60,481 nt of DNA from a virus (Duplodnaviria > Caudoviricetes): positions 1 through 60,481 of IMG/VR virus record IMGVR_UViG_3300038462_000024. One strand, written 5' to 3'. The position numbers and the translations under genes are program-made. Shown here piece after piece: positions 54,993 to 60,481 of the stretch. Position 1 is the stretch's first letter. Every line of letters starts with the position of its first letter. The notes under the pieces were generated by a model. That model was not told where the DNA came from, searched no databases, and saw only the letters and a list, made by a program, of their open reading frames with translations.

Positions 54993-56849
54993 CTACTCCT
55001 TAAGTTCTCCGTAAGTGGCAACCCCCCAATCCGGCCCCTCACCCGAATCCACCCGCATGGGGACATCAAGCGTAATCGGCTGACCGGGGGAAAAATCTAC
55101 CATTATCCGGCCGCACTCCTCGTAAACCGGCCGGTGCTCCTCGGAGAACTGATAGTCGAGGGAATCGTGGATGCTCAGCATCACCTGAATTGGCCGCCCA
55201 ATGCTGGCTAGGTATTCATCAATCTGAACCATCTTCAATTTGATGATATCCGCGTTGCCCCCCTGCAGCAGCCGGTTGACGGCCACGTAGGATTTTTGCG
55301 GGTCATTCAACCGGGCCTTGCGGCCAAGCAAGGATCGCACATATCCGCGCCGTTTTAGAATGCTGGATGCCTCATATTGCAGCCGCTTGATTTCCGGCAG
55401 CCGCTTGAAATACTCCTCCCATACCCGCTCGGCCTCATCTTCTGTAATCTTATACTTTTTGACAAGCACGCCCTTGCCGCCGCCTGTAAGCAAGGTCTGG
55501 TTGACGCGCTTTCCGGTTTGCCGGTCGAGCCCGGTAGCGTCGGCCACGGCTTGGTGCGCGTCAGCACTGGGGTTGTTGCAATAATCATCCATTAAGACCT
55601 TACAGCGGGAATAGTAAGCCAAAAGTCTGGGCTCCGCCTGGCTAAAGTCCCGGCTCCCCCAGATCTTACCCTCATCGGGGACAAATATTGACCGGAATGC
55701 GCGCCCCAAGGTGTAATCCGAATGGTGAGGGATTTGCATTAGGTTGGGATTGCTAGATGATAGCCGCCCGGTAATTGTGCCGAAATCGTCGTTGCGTAAC
55801 TGATTGTAATCAGCATGCACCCGACCATTGAACAGATGCGTGTCGAGCATCGGCTGGATAAATGAGCTAAGTAGCGTCTTGAGTTTTCGGATCTTGACCA
55901 CGGCCAGCCCCGCCGGATGCGTTTCCAGCCAAGACTCGGGGAATGAAGGTCGCCGCAGTTTTTCAGTTAGCGGCCAGTCCGTGGCCTTGTTGGCCTCGCA
56001 CCATTTCTGCACGTCGGAGGGGGACTTGGGGTTGAAGCCTTCGGGAAACCCCCGCAATAACTGCTCAACCTGGGTGCGGATGTTCGAATGGAGCAGGTGG
56101 AGCCGCTCCTCGTCGATCCGAATTCCCAACATGGTCTGGCGAACCAAAATCGGAATTAACCGGCACTCAATGTCATGAACTCGAAGCAACTCTTCCTTAG
56201 CCAGCCGTTCGCGCTGCCATGCTATTAACTGCCAAGTAGTCGTGCCGTCTCCTTGGGCGTATTCGGCTGCCACTGCATCATTGCCGGGCAACCGCCAATA
56301 ATGTCCCATGACTTCCCGATCAGACAATTCTTCGTTGGGGAACTGAGCTTGGATATGGGCTTTAAGGCCGCCGCCTTTTTTCTCTTGTACCCCGGCTACT
56401 TTAGCGCAGTGGTCCAGGGAAAACTTGCCTTGCCACTCATTGAGCAAGGCGGCGTTAATCATTGAATCTTCGTACTGCGCGCATTGCCGGGTGTACCCCA
56501 CGCGCCACAGCATCTTCAGGTCGTAAGAAAGGTTGTGGCCAAGAACCTTTAAACTTGGCCGCTCTAATCGGGCAACTAGCTCGTCCTCCCACGCCTCAGT
56601 GTGGCCGTCCCAGTTCGTGGGGGTTTGAGGGGGCAGAGCGCTACTTAAGTTTCCGCCCGCCACATGCCGCACGGGCAGATAATAGGAATCCTGGGGGGCG
56701 GGTCCAAAGGCCAGGGCATAACCCACAATGTGGTTTCGCTTGGTGTCCAAACCAGACGTTTCCACATCCACTACGGCCTCATCGGCCCGCGCCAGCCGGT
56801 TTAAAACTTCGCTTAGGGCATCGGGGGAAACGTCGGACTTGGAGGCCAT
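54993..56849 (-). CDS. Family A DNA polymerase with 3'-5' exonuclease
   Basis: DVETSGL, HNLSYD, YAQGD; TGRLSSSNPNL; motif A DFSQAEPR; motif B RQTGKRVNQTLLTG; motif C IHDS. Confidence 0.95.
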   Translation of the reverse strand: MASKSDVSPDALSEVLNRLARADEAVVDVETSGLDTKRNHIVGYALAFGPAPQDSYYLPVRHVAGGNLSSALPPQTPTNWDGHTEAWEDELVARLERPSLKVLGHNLSYDLKMLWRVGYTRQCAQYEDSMINAALLNEWQGKFSLDHCAKVAGVQEKKGGGLKAHIQAQFPNEELSDREVMGHYWRLPGNDAVAAEYAQGDGTTTWQLIAWQRERLAKEELLRVHDIECRLIPILVRQTMLGIRIDEERLHLLHSNIRTQVEQLLRGFPEGFNPKSPSDVQKWCEANKATDWPLTEKLRRPSFPESWLETHPAGLAVVKIRKLKTLLSSFIQPMLDTHLFNGRVHADYNQLRNDDFGTITGRLSSSNPNLMQIPHHSDYTLGRAFRSIFVPDEGKIWGSRDFSQAEPRLLAYYSRCKVLMDDYCNNPSADAHQAVADATGLDRQTGKRVNQTLLTGGGKGVLVKKYKITEDEAERVWEEYFKRLPEIKRLQYEASSILKRRGYVRSLLGRKARLNDPQKSYVAVNRLLQGGNADIIKLKMVQIDEYLASIGRPIQVMLSIHDSLDYQFSEEHRPVYEECGRIMVDFSPGQPITLDVPMRVDSGEGPDWGVATYGELKE

Positions 56850-56851
56850 TG

Positions 56852-57097
56852 TTACCGCTTTCTGGGGGGCGTAAGGAGCGACAGGGGGTCCACGGCTTCG
56901 AGAATCTCATCGAGCTGGTCGCACAGCCGGTCGAGAGTGGCAGCCAGGGGATATCCCGGAGTTTTGAGGGCCACTTGAGGGCCGCGCAACCTAGATAGCT
57001 TTTCCAGGGCTACGACCAATTGGGCACGGGCAAGCCGGATTCCATCCAAGATAGGGGCATAAACCGAAAGCTCATCCGGCGGATTTAAGTCAGGCAT
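56852..57097 (-). CDS. Hypothetical helical protein
   Basis: 81-aa ORF in the operon. Confidence 0.6.
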   Translation of the reverse strand: MPDLNPPDELSVYAPILDGIRLARAQLVVALEKLSRLRGPQVALKTPGYPLAATLDRLCDQLDEILEAVDPLSLLTPPRKR

Positions 57098-57435
57098 TTT
57101 TTAGACCCTTTCGCAACGCAGTGATTAACCGGTTTAATTGGCCACCAAAACTCCATCCACACATACCCCCCTTGGGTGAGCCAGATAGCGGGGCTGTTTG
57201 ATCCCAACCAAGGAGGTTGAAGCGCGCCGTTAAGTAAAGTTGAACCCGCCAGCACCACCAGGCCAAATAGAGCGGCTTTCTTAATAGAGGTTTTCAGGGG
57301 GTGGCGCTTTTGTTGCTGCTCCGGGGCGGGGGCGCAACAAAAGACGTTGGGGGCCGCAATGACTCGAATAACGCGGCCCCTCCTATCGCACACGGGCACG
57401 GTTCGGCTAACTTTGGTGTTTTTGGCTTCAGTCAT
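57085..57435 (-). CDS. Hypothetical membrane protein
   Basis: One hydrophobic segment; CATAGGG leader. Confidence 0.5.
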   Translation of the reverse strand: MTEAKNTKVSRTVPVCDRRGRVIRVIAAPNVFCCAPAPEQQQKRHPLKTSIKKAALFGLVVLAGSTLLNGALQPPWLGSNSPAIWLTQGGYVWMEFWWPIKPVNHCVAKGSKKCLT

Positions 57436-57480
57436 TTCTAGGTTCCCTATGTCTCATCGAAACGGCCCGGAGTGTGCTAC

Positions 57481-57690
57481 TTAGATTGCGTCTAGTGTCC
57501 CCACGTTTTTCTCATAAAGGCTAGTCAACCAAGCCCATTGCTTTTCCGACAGCCACATATCCGCACCATACTTTTCGTAGCGCTCACCCTGGTCTTTAAT
57601 GAACTGGTTCGCGGACCCTGGAAGGTCTAACCCATCCAGCGCCATCAGAATGGCCTCCAGCTTTTTAGTCTCGTCGGGGCTGAGGGGCAT
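57481..57690 (-). CDS. Hypothetical protein
   Basis: 69 aa; GGAGG RBS; LSEKQW motif. Confidence 0.7.
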   Translation of the reverse strand: MPLSPDETKKLEAILMALDGLDLPGSANQFIKDQGERYEKYGADMWLSEKQWAWLTSLYEKNVGTLDAI

Positions 57691-58093
57691 CGGTTTCCTC
57701 CGGGGGGTTAGGGTTGGCCAACGCAGCAGTGCGCAACAGCGCGGTGCCTAGAGCTTCCGCGTCGGCTAAGGGAATAACCAGGAACGTGTGGATAGGGGAG
57801 GGGGGCAACCCCTCCACCTGTTCGCAGGCCATCACCCGGATGTGGGAGCCATCACCCCAAAGGGAGAACGCGTTGGCGAAGAGGGGTTGCACCCCGTTGC
57901 CAACGCGCACCTTCTGTGGGGGGGCCGGAGGCTGAGGCATCGGAGCGTTAACATGTGTGCCCGGCAGTACTTCGCCGGGCATATCTACGCCCCTCACAGC
58001 TTCAACGGTTTGCTTTAGCCGGTTTAGGGCTTCAGTTGCGGCATCGAGGGAAATACCACCGGGGGCCTCAGTATGCGGGCCGTTTTCCTGCAT
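57665..58093 (-). CDS. Hypothetical protein
   Basis: GGAGG RBS before ATG 58093. Confidence 0.6.
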   Translation of the reverse strand: MQENGPHTEAPGGISLDAATEALNRLKQTVEAVRGVDMPGEVLPGTHVNAPMPQPPAPPQKVRVGNGVQPLFANAFSLWGDGSHIRVMACEQVEGLPPSPIHTFLVIPLADAEALGTALLRTAALANPNPPEETDAPQPRRD

Positions 58094-58958
58094 CTTCCCC
58101 TCCCACATCCTCATCAGATTCTTCCTGCTGCAGCCCCTCAAGATCGCGGATTTGCGGTGCCGCCTTCAAGAACTGGTCATACATCTCCTTGTATTGGTTG
58201 TAAAGGGACTGGTCCGCCAGTAGCCCATTCGCGCGGGGGATTAGGGTCTTAAATGACTTGCCCTCCCGGTTGGTGGTGTTGACGGAGGAAAACTCGTAGA
58301 CCTGCCCAAAAATCGGCCGGTTGCGGGTTTTCAACGTGCTTTGGAATTTTCGCGCTACGCCGATGGTGGAGCGCTGGAAGGTAAGCACGGCCGGAAGTAA
58401 TTCGGGGTGTTGGGGGAAGATCAACACGAAGTTATACATGAGGGTTGCGGCGGGCGGCGATGAGGCGTTGTCCGGGTCGAGCGTACCCCATTGGGCGAGG
58501 CCAGAATCCTCCACCGTAGGGGCGGTGTCCCAGGTGACTTTCTTGCCCCCGTCTATCTTGTTTAAAGTAACCTCGAACGAGGCGTGCGGCGGGACCCAGT
58601 GGCGGCCGTCATCGGCGCGGGCCAGGATGCCGCCCCCCGAATCCTGAGGCCGCCATAGGATATAGCGCTTGTCGCGGTACACCGGAACGGCCAGAAACTT
58701 AGGCCCCAAGTTAAACTCGGCAGCGGTGTGCCAGAAATCGCCAGTCTTGAGCCCATCGAAGGTTTCTAATTCCGGCGATGTCCCTTGCATCAACTTGATG
58801 CGCGGAACGGAGATGTCGTCGGAACCAATGCTTTCAGTCCCCATGCCCGCGTCGGCGCGCATGAAGTCAGGCAGGTCATCGGTAAGGGCTAAGGAAAGTT
58901 GGGGTTCCGCTGTTTTGGCGGGCAGAGTCGTTTTCGCGGCTGCGGGGGGTCTGGCCAT
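58068..58958 (-). CDS. Putative ssDNA-binding/annealing protein
   Basis: D...PRIKLMQ.TSPE N-terminus, acidic C-terminal tail ending in an aromatic residue; replication-operon context. Confidence 0.6.
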   Translation of the reverse strand: MARPPAAAKTTLPAKTAEPQLSLALTDDLPDFMRADAGMGTESIGSDDISVPRIKLMQGTSPELETFDGLKTGDFWHTAAEFNLGPKFLAVPVYRDKRYILWRPQDSGGGILARADDGRHWVPPHASFEVTLNKIDGGKKVTWDTAPTVEDSGLAQWGTLDPDNASSPPAATLMYNFVLIFPQHPELLPAVLTFQRSTIGVARKFQSTLKTRNRPIFGQVYEFSSVNTTNREGKSFKTLIPRANGLLADQSLYNQYKEMYDQFLKAAPQIRDLEGLQQEESDEDVGGEDAGKRPAY

Positions 58959-58968
58959 GGGTTTACTC

Positions 58969-59529
58969 CTATTTTTTGGTTGAAGTGACGGAAGTGGTTT
59001 GAGTGAGGGTGACGTTGAAAAGGTCCGGGGGCGGCTCTACATTAGTTTCCTCTAGTTGTTCCTTGACTGCGGCGGAGAGCGTCTGGGTATTAACAGCGGG
59101 CTGAATTAGGTCCCCAAGCCCGTTCTCCTTTAACCAAGCAAACGCAGGTTCCTTAGCTCCTGGCTTTACCGCCACCCACAGCCGGGAGGAAGTTCCCACC
59201 CGGAACCCCTCAGCCAGGGGGACGTTGGTGACCCCCGATATTTCCATGCTTGTAGGCACTGCGTTAGTCTTGTAGTATTCAAACAGCGCGCTGAACTGTT
59301 TTTCCAACAGCTCCATGTCATTTTTAAGAAAATGGAGGGCCACAAAATTCCGGGCCAAACTCACAACCCCCAACCGGGAGGCGTTAAACATAGCCCGCCT
59401 TAACTCGCGGAGGCTTTGGCTAAGCCCCGCGAGCGCGGCGCTGATTTCAGGCAAGGGGGATTGAGGCCCGATCAAGGAGGGGGGCAAGAGGGTAAAGTCG
59501 GTAAACTCGGAGGGCTTTTTGGTCACCAC
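58969..59529 (-). CDS. Conserved phage replication-region protein
   Basis: AFAWLKENGLGDLIQPAVNTQTLSA motif; coiled-coil N-terminus. Confidence 0.7.
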   Translation of the reverse strand: MVTKKPSEFTDFTLLPPSLIGPQSPLPEISAALAGLSQSLRELRRAMFNASRLGVVSLARNFVALHFLKNDMELLEKQFSALFEYYKTNAVPTSMEISGVTNVPLAEGFRVGTSSRLWVAVKPGAKEPAFAWLKENGLGDLIQPAVNTQTLSAAVKEQLEETNVEPPPDLFNVTLTQTTSVTSTKK

Positions 59530-59549
59530 TAGACTCCTATATCAAAGCT

Positions 59550-59579
59550 ACCGTAGCACGGGGGAGAGAGATGCACAAG
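59550..59579 (-). promoter_or_regulatory. Putative promoter for the replication operon
   Basis: CTTGTGC-N17-TACGGT with GTGC before the -10 element; same style as 446-475. Confidence 0.45.
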
Positions 59580-59622
59580 TACCAAATCAGGATTAAACCA
59601 ATCCCTAAGTTCAATCTGGTGG

Positions 59623-59976
59623 TTACACGCCCCCTGAGGGGCCAGGGTCGCGTGGGCCAATTCCAGTTAAGTGCACTGGCATGTACCCAGTGGCGGCTTT
59701 AACATAGCGTAGAACTTTAAACCGGGGCAACGCCCGGCCGAGCAAGGCACTGAGGTACACGAGTTGTAGATGGTCCCCGACAATCAGCAGGTAGTCTTCG
59801 GGGTTGAACTCCGACACTGCGGCCAACATGCGGGAATAAAAAAGTGTGGGGATTTGGCCGGTGTCGTCCACCTCGTCGGGGTATATATACCGGTCGTTAA
59901 TAAATTTGAGGCGGCCCCACTGTTCGGCAGAACCGATGTCGTCAAGAACGGGGTGCGGGACGTAGACTAGGGGCAT
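59623..59976 (-). CDS. Hypothetical protein
   Basis: 117 aa; A...G...FNPEDYLLIVGD pattern. Confidence 0.7.
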   Translation of the reverse strand: MPLVYVPHPVLDDIGSAEQWGRLKFINDRYIYPDEVDDTGQIPTLFYSRMLAAVSEFNPEDYLLIVGDHLQLVYLSALLGRALPRFKVLRYVKAATGYMPVHLTGIGPRDPGPSGGV

Positions 59977-60006
59977 CAGGGGCGATCCTATGGGGAAAAG
60001 ATGTGT

Positions 60007-60459
60007 TCAAACCCGCTCGGAATTGAAAAGATACTTGTCGCCGTTTTCTAACTCGCAACCTTCAGAGGTCCATTGGATACGAATATTTCCGTATTCTTTG
60101 ATTACAGCGTTCAACCATAGCTTGCCGCCCTCGGCGCAGAGCTTGTCGCCCTCGGCTTGGAGCTTGTCGCCTTCGGCCCAGAGCTTGCTGCCCTCGGCGT
60201 AGAGCTTGCCGCCCTCGGCTCGGAGCTTGCCGCCTTCGGCTCGGAGCTTGCTGCCCTCGGCTCGGAGCTTGTCGCCCTCGGCTCGGAGCTTGTCGCCTTC
60301 GGCCCAGAGCTTGTCGCCCTCGGCGTAGAGCTTGCGGCCCTTGGCTCGGAGCTTGCCGCCCTCGGCGCAGAGCTTGTCGCCTTCGGCCCAGAGCTTGTCG
60401 CCCTCGGCTTGGAGCTTGCTGCGGGCGTCCCATGCGGCGTGGAGTTTTAAAGGGGCCAT
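60007..60459 (-). CDS. Heptad-repeat protein, 14-unit allele
   Basis: 14 x (W/C/R/Y/Q)A(E/K)G(D/G/S/R)KL plus a unique C-terminal ~35 aa; CATAGGA leader. Confidence 0.8.
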   Translation of the reverse strand: MAPLKLHAAWDARSKLQAEGDKLWAEGDKLCAEGGKLRAKGRKLYAEGDKLWAEGDKLRAEGDKLRAEGSKLRAEGGKLRAEGGKLYAEGSKLWAEGDKLQAEGDKLCAEGGKLWLNAVIKEYGNIRIQWTSEGCELENGDKYLFNSERV

Positions 60460-60481
60460 TTGTAGGGTTTCCTATGTTAAA
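60027..60481. repeat. Right copy of terminal overlap with 14 units of the 21-bp repeat (~60118-60411)
   Basis: 105 bp (5 x 21) longer than the left copy. Confidence 0.95.

Noticed and set aside
60118-60411. CRISPR array
   Set aside because: Contiguous 21-bp units without unique spacers, in-frame coding, and no cas genes
43150-60459. Lysogeny module (integrase/repressor)
   Set aside because: No recombinase motifs recognised; ParB-like domains sit in head-region proteins with no ParA partner

Overview
This looks like an essentially complete ~60 kb dsDNA tailed phage genome with a contractile tail, probably lytic (no integrase seen). The host is plausibly an alphaproteobacterium (inference from a GcrA-like HTH, a CtrA-type box and promoter style). 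The two ends overlap (1-350 vs 60027-60481) but carry different alleles (9 vs 14 units) of a 21-bp/heptad tandem repeat gene. The + strand (6359-43146) is the late/virion arm: NusG-like antiterminator, terminase, portal, MuF, protease-scaffold, capsid, neck, sheath, tube, tape measure, baseplate and fibre. The - strand (43150-60459 and 1-5243) is the early/replication arm: primase-helicase, SF1 and SNF2 helicases, class II RNR and a family A polymerase. Highlights: (1) a PurZ + MazZ-like module suggesting a 2-aminoadenine (Z) genome, with no recognisable DatZ and a polymerase with an unusual motif B; (2) a candidate modular capsid-cargo system in which unrelated proteins share short motifs with the scaffold (HxHIH; the scaffold C-terminal helix), basic-x-x-D putative cleavage sites and a WxExxHPRxxxGKF motif, attached to ADP-ribosyltransferase, ParB-like and pyrophosphatase-like domains; (3) a ~58-nt promoter-preceded tRNA-like RNA; (4) signal-peptide-bearing fibre-like proteins and a hidden 39-aa Cys-rich peptide in the packaging/head region. 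Family names come from motif recognition only; no searches were run.
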